This document shows positions 1 through 10,902 of a stretch of DNA of 58,241 nt, piece by piece; the first letter of the stretch is position 1; each line of letters starts with the position of its first letter. Where the stretch lies: positions 62,001 to 120,241 of the IMG/VR virus record IMGVR_UViG_3300028797_000120; one strand, 5' to 3'. The stretch comes from an uncultured virus (IMG/VR IMGVR_UViG_3300028797_000120). Taxonomy: Duplodnaviria > Heunggongvirae > Uroviricota > Caudoviricetes. The notes beneath the pieces are model-generated. The model did not search any database and was not told the DNA's origin. It saw only the letters and a program-made list of their open reading frames with translations. The translations under genes and the position numbers were made by a program.

Positions 1-428
1 CGTGCCGTCTTCGTACTTTTCGGATTCGACAAGATACTCGTCATAACCATCGTCCCTTCCGACGGACATACTTGACCCGTCCTCAAGATATGGCGCCAGT
101 TCGGACATCGCGTCTTCCATGACTGAGCTCCAGCTGTATGATCCCCTGAATTCGCTCCGGTATGTCTCCCATCCTCCGTCGCATTCGTTATCGTACCTGC
201 ACGAACCCTGGTGAAAGGCGAGTATGCACTTTATCATGCCCTCAAGCGTGTCGGTGTCGATACCGTTCTTGCGGCACTCTTCCCGGCACCAGCAGACATT
301 TCCGAAACTGCCTTTCGGTCCGTACCTGGATTCCTTTTTCTCCATCCATTTCCGCAGGGAATCCCTCGCCTCATCGCGCTTCCCTTCCCTGAACTTAATG
401 TCAAGGCATACGCTGTAGTTGTCTCCCA

Positions 429-677
429 TCACTTCCCCTTTCTTGACGCTCTCCTCTTTCTGGCGTTCGTGACCTTCACCTTAACCCTTACCCTCTTGAC
501 CCGGGCTCCGCAATCATCTCCTTCGGCGATATATTCACCGGCCTCTTCGACCGTGTCGAAACGGTCAGCAGTCTGAGGGTCTCCCCAGCAATCGACGACA
601 GCGCCGTCCTCGAACGTACGCCAGTACGTGCCCGGGACGCTGCTTATGACGAAGAACTCGTCCGTATCGATCTTCAT
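429..677 (-). CDS. Hypothetical protein
   Basis: 82-aa ORF with ATGA overlap to the upstream ORF. Confidence 0.65.
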   Translation of the reverse strand: MKIDTDEFFVISSVPGTYWRTFEDGAVVDCWGDPQTADRFDTVEEAGEYIAEGDDCGARVKRVRVKVKVTNARKRRASRKGK

Positions 678-955
678 TTCTGGCTGTCCTCCAACCTCTC
701 GAACTCTTCGGACTCCTCGACCTCATAGGTGACGTGAAAATTGGTCGCTAGTCCGTACCAGTCATACCCTCCTTTGAACCTATCGACTTCCCGTATCTCT
801 TCGTCGACGATTCGTTCCGCATCGTATGGACTTCTAGCCTCTACGAAGAGATAGTGAGAGAGCGTGATCGCAGCCCTGACTTTGTATATCTGGACTTCTT
901 TGCCTTCGTCGTCCTTATGCGAGAAGACGTGAACGGTCCTCTTCTTATGCTTCAT
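674..955 (-). CDS. Hypothetical protein
   Basis: 93-aa ORF with upstream GGAGGAAAGGA SD-like sequence. Confidence 0.7.
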   Translation of the reverse strand: MKHKKRTVHVFSHKDDEGKEVQIYKVRAAITLSHYLFVEARSPYDAERIVDEEIREVDRFKGGYDWYGLATNFHVTYEVEESEEFERLEDSQK

Positions 956-996
956 GAGACATCCTTTCCTCCGATGTATGAACAGACATGTAAAGG

Positions 997-1431
997 CTAA
1001 TCATCCGCTTGGTGTTGCGCTTTACCGCCATCATTCGGAAACAGACTGAAGATGTAATCCATCGTCTCTCTGTCGGCCAGCTTCACATCTCCAGGATTCC
1101 CGTCTCTGATAACGTCATGCCTAAGAACCGCAAACCTCCCGGTAGGGAACACCTTGTTCCCTTCCGCGTCACGGATTGCGAACCTATCCTGGTTCCCGTA
1201 TCTGGATCCGTCTTCGTTCACCTCAACGATAAGGACGCCTTTCTTGAACTTCTCTTTGCACTCATCGCACGCGTCTAGACCCCCTGTAATTTCGTGGGGC
1301 GCCTCCAGGTCGCCCTTAATCCTTCCCATAAGCGCCACTCCCATGGGTTTCCCGCACCAGAAGCACTTAAGAACTGATGGGTTGACTCCATACTTTTTAG
1401 ACAACTTTATGCTCCTACCTTTTCTTCCCAT
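997..1431 (-). CDS. Hypothetical protein, probable Zn-binding
   Basis: Two CxxC pairs (CFWC, CDEC). Confidence 0.7.
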   Translation of the reverse strand: MGRKGRSIKLSKKYGVNPSVLKCFWCGKPMGVALMGRIKGDLEAPHEITGGLDACDECKEKFKKGVLIVEVNEDGSRYGNQDRFAIRDAEGNKVFPTGRFAVLRHDVIRDGNPGDVKLADRETMDYIFSLFPNDGGKAQHQADD

Positions 1432-1681
1432 TCGTTACCCCTTTCTTCACTTTCTTATCCGAAATCCCTTTCCCGGACGCCCTCGCCCGGCACTCCATCC
1501 AAAAGGCGATCGCCTTCCTCGACGCCTTAACGCAGTACAGGAGATGGTCTATCTTGAGCAAGTTCCTTTTGATACACCTTCGCTCCCTTGCTATGAATGA
1601 GTCTATCTCCTTCACGTAGAAATCTCCGACTACGTCGTCACCATTCTTCGCCATACGCATCCTCTTCTCCCATGTCCATCC

Positions 1682-1945
1682 CTATACCATGTATACGCTG
1701 ACGACAGGGATGTCGCAGTCCGGACTGTCCGGATCATCCTCGATCTTAACGTCGAACTCATCAAACTCCTTGTTCAGGAGATCCCTAATCTCTGAAATGG
1801 ACTCCTCGTCACCGCCGATGTAGTCTGCGTTCCAGATCCTGTGCCACTTGCCGTCCTTCTCGACGATCTTGAACCATATCTCGTCGTAGGCGATATCCAT
1901 CAATTCATGCAGAACCATATGACATCCCTTTTCATACTCACCCAA
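1682..1945 (-). CDS. Hypothetical protein
   Basis: Acidic 87-aa ORF in the tiled minus-strand run. Confidence 0.6.
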   Translation of the reverse strand: MGEYEKGCHMVLHELMDIAYDEIWFKIVEKDGKWHRIWNADYIGGDEESISEIRDLLNKEFDEFDVKIEDDPDSPDCDIPVVSVYMV

Positions 1946-2492
1946 GATGTAGGACGACCTTGTCAGTCCCGTAGTCGAAAGTGACCTGCCTCGCTCCCTG
2001 TCGAACGATCACACCGCCTCCGCACCAGCTGATTGACCTAAGGAAAGAGCTATCGCGGAAAACACGCTCGATCTCATCCATCGGCCGCAGCTTTTTACCA
2101 TAACCCTTGAAAAGGCCAACATCGTCCATGTCCTTCGCAACCAAGATCTTGCTATAGTCAAACCAGAAGAATCCCACCGCGTTCATCACGCTCGTTCGCC
2201 CTATCTTAACAGGGCGCCTCTCCTCGGCCTTCGCACGCTCGATAGCCTTCCTCTTCTCGCTCTTTCCCATCACTTCCTCCTTTTTCTTTTTGGAGTAACG
2301 GTCGCACAGGGAGATGACCTTCCTTCGCGACCACATAATCCCCTCGCGTATGTCGCAGTTCGTGTGAAGGCGTCCTGTGTCCTCCTCATACTGGGATACC
2401 CTCAGCGCCTTCGACACCTCTTCCCTCATGACCTCCGGAGAGAACACTGGCGGGCCGTCCGCTCCGATGACGATCTTATCCCTCTTCTTCAT
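1938..2492 (-). CDS. Hypothetical protein
   Basis: 184-aa ORF abutting both neighbours. Confidence 0.6.
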   Translation of the reverse strand: MKKRDKIVIGADGPPVFSPEVMREEVSKALRVSQYEEDTGRLHTNCDIREGIMWSRRKVISLCDRYSKKKKEEVMGKSEKRKAIERAKAEERRPVKIGRTSVMNAVGFFWFDYSKILVAKDMDDVGLFKGYGKKLRPMDEIERVFRDSSFLRSISWCGGGVIVRQGARQVTFDYGTDKVVLHLG

Positions 2493-2918
2493 TCATCGTC
2501 TCCTGTCCTCTACCATACAGACGTCTTTCCCCGACTCGCACCATGTTCCGAATCCAAGGAGATGTTCCGGCATAGACGTGATGAAGTTCCTTATGCAGGC
2601 TATCTCTCGCTCCTCCATCTTCATCGTAACCGAGCCAAAGACCCTGGAACCGATTTTTCTCTCGATCCTGAGGCGCGGCTTGGAAGCGGGGTCCCACTTG
2701 GCTTCCGACACATACACGATCGAGAAGTCGCCCTTTGACACCGTCCCTCCGCCCTTTCTGAAGCTCTCCTCGAGCTGGAGAGCCTCGCACGGGTTCAGGT
2801 TCATGTACGCCACGGTATCCGTCTCAGAGTCTGAGCGCCGCATCGATATGCACACTCCAAACGTACACTTCTCTAAATAAAGCTCGAACAACGCGCCGTC
2901 TACAACCTTTCTGATCAT
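2493..2918 (-). CDS. Hypothetical protein, probable paralog of 2934-3338
   Basis: SD AAAGGA; beta-beta-beta-helix-like pattern similar to the neighbour. Confidence 0.65.
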   Translation of the reverse strand: MIRKVVDGALFELYLEKCTFGVCISMRRSDSETDTVAYMNLNPCEALQLEESFRKGGGTVSKGDFSIVYVSEAKWDPASKPRLRIERKIGSRVFGSVTMKMEEREIACIRNFITSMPEHLLGFGTWCESGKDVCMVEDRRR

Positions 2919-2933
2919 ACCGTTCCTTTCTCG

Positions 2934-3338
2934 TTACCACTTGTCCGGGTCGCCGCTCCACCTATCGGCCGACATGAGCAAATCAGCCATGTTCTCAAGC
3001 GCTATCTTTACGAACCGAACCTCGTGCTCCCTGAGCGGGAAAGAAATGATCGGGACGAGTCCGGACTCGCCCTCTGTCGCTATGGAGATCAACGAGTACA
3101 CACCCAGTCCGCAGAACGCAAGGCACCTTCCGTCAAGCGCCCGTATCACGGCTCTTCCAGATGAAAGGCCTTCGATAAGCTCAGACACCTCGGACGGGCT
3201 CATCACGAAGGACTCCCTCTCATCCTCCTTACCTTTCCCTTCGGGATATCTGCAGACCATGGAAACCATCACGCCTCCACTAACGAGGTCCATGGACAAA
3301 TCCAAAACCCTTCCGTCATCCATCTCTCTCTTGATCAT
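2934..3338 (-). CDS. Hypothetical protein, probable paralog of 2493-2918
   Basis: 134-aa ORF; collinear motif spacing with the downstream gene. Confidence 0.65.
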   Translation of the reverse strand: MIKREMDDGRVLDLSMDLVSGGVMVSMVCRYPEGKGKEDERESFVMSPSEVSELIEGLSSGRAVIRALDGRCLAFCGLGVYSLISIATEGESGLVPIISFPLREHEVRFVKIALENMADLLMSADRWSGDPDKW

Positions 3339-3700
3339 ATCGACACCCTTATCCCTTTTCCCCTAACCTTTACCGCGCTGATCCTAAACGCTTTACCACC
3401 CCTTACGAACCAGGCCTCGTCTCCGTTTGGCGAGTAATAGACGTCGAGGCACCCCTCGGTGTCCCCATCGGCGAACCCCTTGAAGTCGGCTAGGTTACCG
3501 ACCAACTCCGCTCCGCTTTCGTCGCGCACGACGACGTTTTCGAGCCACTCCTTCCTGATGACGTTTTCGATGAACGAGATAGCCTGATCCTTTGTGTCGA
3601 ACAAGGTGAAGGCAGCCCACACGCATTCCTCCGGCGACTCCCCTTCATACCACTCTGACTGGAGAACTGCCCAACCAATATCATCTGTATGACCCGACAT
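3335..3700 (-). CDS. Hypothetical protein
   Basis: Start reassigned to ATG 3700 (MSGHTDD) after GAGGAGG. Confidence 0.6.
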   Translation of the reverse strand: MSGHTDDIGWAVLQSEWYEGESPEECVWAAFTLFDTKDQAISFIENVIRKEWLENVVVRDESGAELVGNLADFKGFADGDTEGCLDVYYSPNGDEAWFVRGGKAFRISAVKVRGKGIRVSI

Positions 3701-3868
3701 TGTTACCCTCCTCATCATATGCGCAGTCTGGATACGAACCGACGACAAGCATGTTCGACAGGTCCGCATTCCCGAACTCTTCCTGCGCCTTCTCGAACGC
3801 TTCGTCAACGCTTTCCGCGTCTACACTGATTTCGATCCTTCCTTCGACGACCATATTAACGCTATACA

Positions 3869-4216
3869 TCATAGAATCCTGAACTGCGTCGCCCGAGCCG
3901 AATTGACCCGATAACCAACGGCAATGATGGCGTCGAGATTGTAAAAGTCGATTTTCCGTCGGACGATGCGGCCACCTTCTTCTCGAACTTGTTCCATTTT
4001 GGAACAAGTTGCGCTTTCTTGCAATTCCCCTGCCGAATAGATGTTTTTCAGATGTTTAGTGACCGCCTGCGTACCGACGCCGAAAAGCTTGGCCATCGCC
4101 GCCTGCGTGAGCCATGCTGTTTCCTTTTCAATGATTACATTGACCTGAACCGCCCCATCTTCAGACTTAAGAATCTCCATTGGCGTTTGAATCACCCAAT
4201 CGATAGTATCCCACAC
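3869..4216 (-). CDS. RhuM-family (virulence RhuM-like) N-terminal domain, truncated
   Basis: WLTQAAMAKLFGV...KHLKNIY..GEL...YNLDAIIAVGYRVNS.RATQFR matches the RhuM-like N-terminal motif set; the ORF stops just after QFR. Confidence 0.75.
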   Translation of the reverse strand: MWDTIDWVIQTPMEILKSEDGAVQVNVIIEKETAWLTQAAMAKLFGVGTQAVTKHLKNIYSAGELQESATCSKMEQVREEGGRIVRRKIDFYNLDAIIAVGYRVNSARATQFRIL

Positions 4217-5230
4217 CTATGCATTCGATCGTTGGCATTGAAGACGTTCCCCTTTTTCAAGAAGCCTACGGAACTCGTGGCTGCCGTAGTCGCTTTTGTC
4301 AAGGATCTTCGCGAGCTCCGACGCCTTCATCCTGTCGCTCCGCTTGAATCCATGCGCATTGAGCCATGCGTCCGTTCCCTGCCGGCAGGCTCCTGTGAGC
4401 CTCTGGTACAGAGACGCAGTCATGACCGTATCGGGATAGATGACGCCATACGAGACTTCCGATTGCTTCATCTTTCTCACGAGGGCGTTAATTGCCGACT
4501 TGACCGACCTTCCGTGAGCTGTCACTCCTCCTGAGAATGAAGCCGTTGTGCCGGCGGCGAACGTCTTTTCCGAACGGACGTAGTATCCGCGGCCTTTATA
4601 CAACATCCATCCTGGGGCTACGTAGAAAGAGCCTACGCTCTTTTCCCTTCTCCTGTCGAGTAATGTAGGGATGCCGTCGATCTGTCTGTAGCATGTGGCA
4701 CGCTTCGGAAGGTTGACAAAGCACGTGTACTCGTACATCAGGTATGTGCACCTTCTGCTGTATGTGCCTAACTCCTTCCTCTCGACGTGGCACTCCACAT
4801 CGCTTATGCCGTCCTTGTATTTCACGACAGAGTCACCTCTTCCGGGTGTGAACCCGATACCGCGCAGCCCCGCTGAGACATCACTCTTTACTTTTACCTC
4901 AAGTCTCTTCGCGGCCGTCGAGGAGACGTCTGAATCTTTCCCGATATGGAACCTTTCCTTGTCAGGCCTTCCTCTGCAAAGCAGAACAAGCGTGTCCTTG
5001 AACAGACGTTCCGCACGGCTCAATCCTATTCGCTTCCTTCCCTTCAGTTCCCTGACGGTCTTCAGCCTTTTGTTCCGCGTGCTGTTTGCAATGGCGATCT
5101 GTGCGCCTCCTGATCGCATGGCCTCTGCGACGGCGGCCCTGAACAGCCTTTTCCCTCCCTCTCGGATGATTCGGAGGGCCTCCTGCCTACGATTCTCCTT
5201 ATCCAAAACAAACCGATTCTTTTCCATCAT
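4217..5230 (-). CDS. Hypothetical phage protein
   Basis: 337-aa basic ORF with C-terminal LTGACRQG motif. Confidence 0.7.
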   Translation of the reverse strand: MMEKNRFVLDKENRRQEALRIIREGGKRLFRAAVAEAMRSGGAQIAIANSTRNKRLKTVRELKGRKRIGLSRAERLFKDTLVLLCRGRPDKERFHIGKDSDVSSTAAKRLEVKVKSDVSAGLRGIGFTPGRGDSVVKYKDGISDVECHVERKELGTYSRRCTYLMYEYTCFVNLPKRATCYRQIDGIPTLLDRRREKSVGSFYVAPGWMLYKGRGYYVRSEKTFAAGTTASFSGGVTAHGRSVKSAINALVRKMKQSEVSYGVIYPDTVMTASLYQRLTGACRQGTDAWLNAHGFKRSDRMKASELAKILDKSDYGSHEFRRLLEKGERLQCQRSNA

Positions 5231-5270
5231 CTTCTTCTACCTCCGGAACTCCTGACCATTCTTTTCCATT

Positions 5271-6059
5271 TCAGCCACCCATCTTTATGGGAGTGCGCCA
5301 GATGTCCCACCTGCGAACCTTTTTGTCGTCGATGTGATATCGGAACCATCCGAACTTTGAAAGGTTCTCCCTGGCGGACCTTATCACATCTGACCTGCGA
5401 CGCTCATCAGAGCCGCACAGGACAAGCAGGTCTCCCAGGTCGTCAAGCGCGTTTTTAACTGCGCTTTCCTTCGTCAGATGCAGCTTAGGGAACTTCTGTT
5501 CGAACTCCTCGTCGCCGCTGTCCGAACTCCCGGATGTGACGCATGTCCATAACGTCGCGGTCCCCTCGATTTCGTTCTCGAATATCTCGAACCTGAAAAC
5601 GTTATCGCCTTTCCTGGCAATATACACGAACTGATCAGACAGCTCTCTAATGATATACTTTTTGAGCGCGGACCTTACGTAAAGCGTGACATCGTTCATT
5701 TCCCACGGAACGCTATAGCGTGGGAAAATTAACGGTTCGAGCTCAGCTCCGGACGCATTGCCTTTGGAATCGGCATCCGAAGGACTGTATACAAACAGCG
5801 ACCTTACGGTCTCTTCCGGATTCTCGGCTCCGGCCCTTTCTGCCGCCATCTCAAGGATTTCACGGAGGCCTTTGTGATTCTCGTCATAGTATAGCGCCAT
5901 CCTGATGTCGTCCCTGACATCAAGCCGATCGATGATGTAATCCGCGCACTCCGTGATCGCTTTCCCGACTGACAGGAACGTCCCTATGCAGCTCGTATCA
6001 AAAGGATAGCCGGGCGAATAATCGAATGACACGACGCTGTAAGCTGTGATTCCCTTCAT
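5271..6059 (-). CDS. Hypothetical protein
   Basis: 262-aa ORF with SD. Confidence 0.7.
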   Translation of the reverse strand: MKGITAYSVVSFDYSPGYPFDTSCIGTFLSVGKAITECADYIIDRLDVRDDIRMALYYDENHKGLREILEMAAERAGAENPEETVRSLFVYSPSDADSKGNASGAELEPLIFPRYSVPWEMNDVTLYVRSALKKYIIRELSDQFVYIARKGDNVFRFEIFENEIEGTATLWTCVTSGSSDSGDEEFEQKFPKLHLTKESAVKNALDDLGDLLVLCGSDERRRSDVIRSARENLSKFGWFRYHIDDKKVRRWDIWRTPIKMGG

Positions 6060-6155
6060 GGTTTATACCCCTTTCTGACACACTTGGAGGAACGAGTCGC
6101 CGTTAGAGCGTATTTCGTATCCTCCGTTTCCGCCGAAGACATTACGCCGGACACG

Positions 6156-6764
6156 CTACTTTCCATCCCGGACCTCCGTGATCCTCGTCGCGAGTTCGTC
6201 AGCTGCGACGATGACTGACAGGAGCGGATACTTCATACATGCGGCGGAGAAGTTCCCCTTGGACTCCATGCTGTCCGGTAGCTCCCATCCGGCCATGTGC
6301 CACCTGATCGCGGCGATCTCCTGCTCCGTCATGACGAGCCCCATCCGGAGGAGCCGAACGACGGACTTCTCACCGTGCCCCAGCGGGTAATCCGAATAGT
6401 CCGCGTCATAAGTCCAGTACTTCTCCCACTTGCCGTTTTCATCCTTCCTGAACCGCTCCACCTTGCGGTAGATATCAGCCTTGCACACGTCATGCAGGAG
6501 AGACGCGATGATGACGCTGTCCATCGGAAGCTCTTGTTCGAGCGATCCGTCGAGCCTGATCTGTGCCTCCCTGATCGCTTCGGACTGGGAGTACACATTG
6601 AGGGAGTGCCTCACGAGACCTCCCTCAACGGCGAGATGATGCCTCGCCGACGCAGGCGCCTTGAAGAACCCAAGGCTTTCAAGACACCCGATAACCTGAA
6701 CCACACCCTCGCGGTTAGTAGACCGCAAGAGATCATTGAACCTGTTTGAATACTCATTCGTCAT
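6156..6764 (-). CDS. HD-domain phosphohydrolase
   Basis: APAS.RHH...GGLVRHSLNV, LLHDVCK, GHGEKS, IRWHM and ADE motifs; start 6764 gives an ATGA overlap. Confidence 0.88.
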   Translation of the reverse strand: MTNEYSNRFNDLLRSTNREGVVQVIGCLESLGFFKAPASARHHLAVEGGLVRHSLNVYSQSEAIREAQIRLDGSLEQELPMDSVIIASLLHDVCKADIYRKVERFRKDENGKWEKYWTYDADYSDYPLGHGEKSVVRLLRMGLVMTEQEIAAIRWHMAGWELPDSMESKGNFSAACMKYPLLSVIVAADELATRITEVRDGK

Positions 6765-7374
6765 ACCAAAACCCACTTTCCAACACATCCCTCGATCGGA
6801 TATTTGAGCGATATGCGCGTCACCGCGCAGATTCCCAGTTCACGTCGCCAGTGCGCGCAGTTGAAGCAATCGCCGTAACGCTCGCTTTCCGGAACGCCTA
6901 CGCGTTCTTTCTCCTGTGCGCACTCGCCAGTCTTCCTCGGTTCCTTCTTTTTTGCTGCTTTCCTCTTAACCGGGCCATCTCGGCGCCGCCTCATCGACCT
7001 TCCCATCCTTACCTCCTATGCGTATCCGCACATCATGAATTGTATTCGTTCATAGTCACGGTGACCTTGGTGGACAGCGGCTTCTCATGCCCCTCCAGGA
7101 GGTATGTGGTCCACCCCTGGCACTTGGTGTCCAGCATCGCCTTCTCGTACTTGGTGTCGCCCCATCCACACCCGTACTGGTAGATTGACTCGGTGTACGG
7201 CTCCTCCACCTTGAGATCCTTTGCCTTCTCGTTCCACTCCTCCTGAGTGAGTACGATTGTCCTGTACGGGCCGACACTGCGCCCGCAGGCGTCGGTTCGG
7301 TAAAAGTTTCTGACTACTCTCATTTTCCCTCCTTGTTTCTCCAGATTGACCAAGCCTTCCGACCTGGCACGTCA

Positions 7375-8241
7375 TCAGATCCACCGCTCGCATAGACGCA
7401 CGGTGCCGACGAATCTCGTTTCCTTATCGTCTTCCCCGTACGTGATGTCCGGGTCGACCGACATCGGGTCGTAGACGCCCAAGGCGCTGAGGGCGAAATG
7501 GAAATCGGATTCCGAATCCGCTTCGATCCGGATCTGAACTATCAATGCATCGGAGCATACGTTATGATCGTCCACCTTTACCCGTACGTTTTTCCCTGTT
7601 TCAGCACGGATCAAAGATTCCCACGCCTTGCTGAGAACGTCTTCGAGCTTCGGCAAGAGAACGGATGTAACGCGCTTTGGGTCTTTCCCATACATCGTCC
7701 CTCCGTCCGGGAAGAGCTTTCTACCGTATATCCTGATCTTATTCCCCTGTTCTGGGTTAAGGTCGGACTTATCCCAGGTATCCCAGACGCTGATTTCCGG
7801 AGCGGCTTTGAGCCATGTCAGAGTAACAACGGTTTCGTTTTTTCCGTGAAGCTCCTTGCGGGCCCAGTCACCCGGCTTTTTCAGCCCGTCGAACAGCTTC
7901 CGTAGTGTTTCACCTTCGATTCCAATCCCTTTTGCGTTTTCGATAAACATTGACCTGACGGTTACTATTGGCGTGCCTTCTACGGACATAAGCGTGAGCG
8001 ACCCGTCGCCATAGGCCCAGTAGTCGTTGTACTCAATGATCGGTTTCTTATCTCCGTCGAACAGGTATTCCCTGTAAACGGCCCTGCGTTCATTGGACGG
8101 GTTGCCTTCCACGCCCCCGATCTCTGTAACCTCAATCAGAAAAACTTCCATCCTATTCTCCTTCTTCCTCTCTTGCTTTCTTTGCCGTATGGACTGGCCA
8201 TATCCCATAAGTGTACACGCTGTTGCGGTACCTGCACTCAT
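7375..8241 (-). CDS. Hypothetical protein (true start probably the internal MEVFL)
   Basis: Long ORF; AAGGAG SD precedes MEVFL. Confidence 0.65.
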   Translation of the reverse strand: MSAGTATACTLMGYGQSIRQRKQERKKENRMEVFLIEVTEIGGVEGNPSNERRAVYREYLFDGDKKPIIEYNDYWAYGDGSLTLMSVEGTPIVTVRSMFIENAKGIGIEGETLRKLFDGLKKPGDWARKELHGKNETVVTLTWLKAAPEISVWDTWDKSDLNPEQGNKIRIYGRKLFPDGGTMYGKDPKRVTSVLLPKLEDVLSKAWESLIRAETGKNVRVKVDDHNVCSDALIVQIRIEADSESDFHFALSALGVYDPMSVDPDITYGEDDKETRFVGTVRLCERWI

Positions 8242-8734
8242 CCTCGCAGTTCGGATCGATCAACATGGCGGTCATGGACGCGACCAGCTCAGTGATATTC
8301 TCCGAATCTTCGTCATTAAGCGCATTGCACGTGATCGCCAAGTTCTCTGCAAGCCCGGCAGCCATTGCCTTTGCCGAGTCGTACACGCCGACCACCTCAT
8401 TGTCGTCGTCCTTGTAGCGCTCGAAGAGAATATACACGGATTTCTCCTTATTCTTCTCCTCGAGCATCCTTTCTTTCATCTCGCTAATCTCGCTCATCCC
8501 TGCTCTCCTTCCACGCCTTCCACTTTTTGACATCTGCCGCATGTTTCCTTGCGAGCTTTCTTAGCTCTGAGAAGCGACTCGCGAAATCAATCACGCATAT
8601 ACTCTCCGAAGGGACACTGGTCTTGAATGGGTTTTCGGGGAGCCTGAGGAAACCCAGGCCCTCCATCTGCTCCCAAAGCTTGATCAGGATAAACTGGTTC
8701 GGCCAGTCATCTCCAGTATATGCCATGTCTACAC

Positions 8735-9232
8735 TCATCCGTTTCCGTTCGAGACGTTGATCTTCGCGTTGCACAGGGATAGGAACTGCCTGAGGCCCTT
8801 CAGGTCGATCGCCTCGATGTCGCAAAGGGTCATGAAGGATGTGATCGCCGTAAGCTCAGATATCGTGAACTTAGGGTTCTCTCGCTCATCCTTTGCCTTT
8901 CTCTCCTGTTCGGCGCGCTGCGCCTCGATGCGGGCCAGCTCCTCTTCCTTCCGACGATTCGCTTCCTCCACCTTCTCAAGTCGGCGGACCTCCTTGACAT
9001 AGGAGATCGCGCCATTCAGTGCGGCCGCGGTGACCTTACCTAGGTCAACCTTGGATTCTGGGCGGGCCTTCTTGTACTTGACGGCCCAGTCCGACTCCCC
9101 GGAGGCCAGAAACTCGTCCACGCTCCTGAACTCCATGATGACCCGCATGGCCTTTTTAGTCGTCGTGCTGTTGCACGATGACTTGAGATACCCTTCGATC
9201 CTATCCAGTTCTTTACTGTTCTCTTCCCTCAT
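8735..9232 (-). CDS. Hypothetical coiled-coil protein
   Basis: 165-aa ORF, GGAGGAG SD, E/R/K-rich helix. Confidence 0.7.
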   Translation of the reverse strand: MREENSKELDRIEGYLKSSCNSTTTKKAMRVIMEFRSVDEFLASGESDWAVKYKKARPESKVDLGKVTAAALNGAISYVKEVRRLEKVEEANRRKEEELARIEAQRAEQERKAKDERENPKFTISELTAITSFMTLCDIEAIDLKGLRQFLSLCNAKINVSNGNG

Positions 9233-9574
9233 ACTTCTCCTCCTGTTTTCTCTTTTCCTTTGCCAGTTTCAGTGAGTCCTCGATCGCTGACCTCATAGCC
9301 TTTTCATAGGCATCAGTCCCTTTTTCCGCATCCTTGCTTTCACCCAACTCATACAGGTGAAGCATGAGCATAATAGCGTTAAGCTCAGGATCGTTCTTCG
9401 TGATGGCGTATTTAGACAGCTTTCGCAGGATCTTCATCGCCGGGATTCTTCCGTAAACGTCTGAGTGCTTGATGATGAATTCCGGAAGATCGAACATCCA
9501 AAAAAACGGCTTATTTTCTCGCGACATATCACTGTCCGTCCCGTCGACATGCATGCTCAACGGCAAACTATCCA

Positions 9575-10186
9575 TCAGACGACCCCTTTCTCTTTCCGCG
9601 TGAAGGCGATGATCCTGTCGCAGATCTCTCCTCCGAAAGCGCACAGCACTTTCGCCTTCAGGTCTTTAGCATCGAGCTTGTCTGCGAGTGAGACTGCGAG
9701 CCGTTCGATCCGGTTGTATCCGGCAGCGGCTGACCTCACCAACTTCGAAGCCTCCGCCTCCCTGTCCGCTAACTCGATCCTACGCTCGATGATCCTGTCC
9801 CACACCTCCCTAGTCTTCTCCTCGGACATGATGTATATGCGCCCGGATCCATCGATCTCCCCTATAAGGGGTATGTCGAAATAGGACCACCCTTCGCAGA
9901 CAAACACCTTGACCTGCGGAACAGGAGTTCCGTACCCCGGCACCGAGCAGTACGACCATGTCGTTTCTGCGTCCCTGAAAAGGGTTTTGCCGTTGTACTT
10001 TATCTCCTCGCTTCCATACATCCTGGCCAGTTCGTTCAGGACCTTCCGGCTAACCTTCTTTCCGTTCCACTTCTCAAGGAACCCGGACTGAGCTATGGCC
10101 CTGATCTTCTCAACATGCGCCCTTATCAGTGCCTCGTCCTTTCGCAGACTCCGCTCGGCCTCTTCGATCCTAACGTTCGTAATCAT
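9575..10186 (-). CDS. Hypothetical protein
   Basis: 203-aa ORF with GAGGAG SD. Confidence 0.7.
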   Translation of the reverse strand: MITNVRIEEAERSLRKDEALIRAHVEKIRAIAQSGFLEKWNGKKVSRKVLNELARMYGSEEIKYNGKTLFRDAETTWSYCSVPGYGTPVPQVKVFVCEGWSYFDIPLIGEIDGSGRIYIMSEEKTREVWDRIIERRIELADREAEASKLVRSAAAGYNRIERLAVSLADKLDAKDLKAKVLCAFGGEICDRIIAFTRKEKGVV

Positions 10187-10902
10187 GAGACTTTCAGGAC
10201 TCCTCTCTCACCGTGCGTTCCATGTCCTCGTCAATGTCAGACATTCTTATTCCTTCCTCCTTTGCCGAAGATATCGTCAGGCTCGACGAGTATCTCGCAC
10301 TTTGGCTCCTCGTCTGATCCGAACGGGCTTGTTTCCGATATCATACGCATCTTGAGAAACGAAAGCCTCTCAAGTCGCTGCCACATCCTGAAGAGGCATC
10401 TCTGCCCCTCCCATTTGTCGAACACCCTATACCTTGACGGGACGGACCTGAACATCCTGAGACTATCGAGCTTCGCGCTGTTCGCCTCGTAACGATCATG
10501 GTCGTTTTTAGTGCCATCCCTCCTTGGGAGCTCTCCGACGATAGCCGCCCTGTGCCATAAGGACTTCCTTACCATCTTGCTGTAGAAGTAAACCCACACA
10601 GCGTGTATTTGGCCTCCGCCGAACCAGGAGAATCTGTAACGCTTGAACATCTCAACCCTCCTCAGGCAACGGCGTAGCGTCTGTCCATTGAAACGGGCGC
10701 ATCGATTTCATCAATTCTCATTTCTTCTTTCCTTTCTTCTTTTGCTTTCACCTGTACTTCGCTTGCCTGGCCTTGAACTCGGGGAGCGGAGAAGTCTGGT
10801 TCCGTTTTGTGTCCACGTTGTTTCGCTATTTACAGAGCCAGGAAAGATAGTCGGTATCAAGCAAAAATCCCAGCGCATCCGCATTACTGGACGTTTCACA
10901 TG

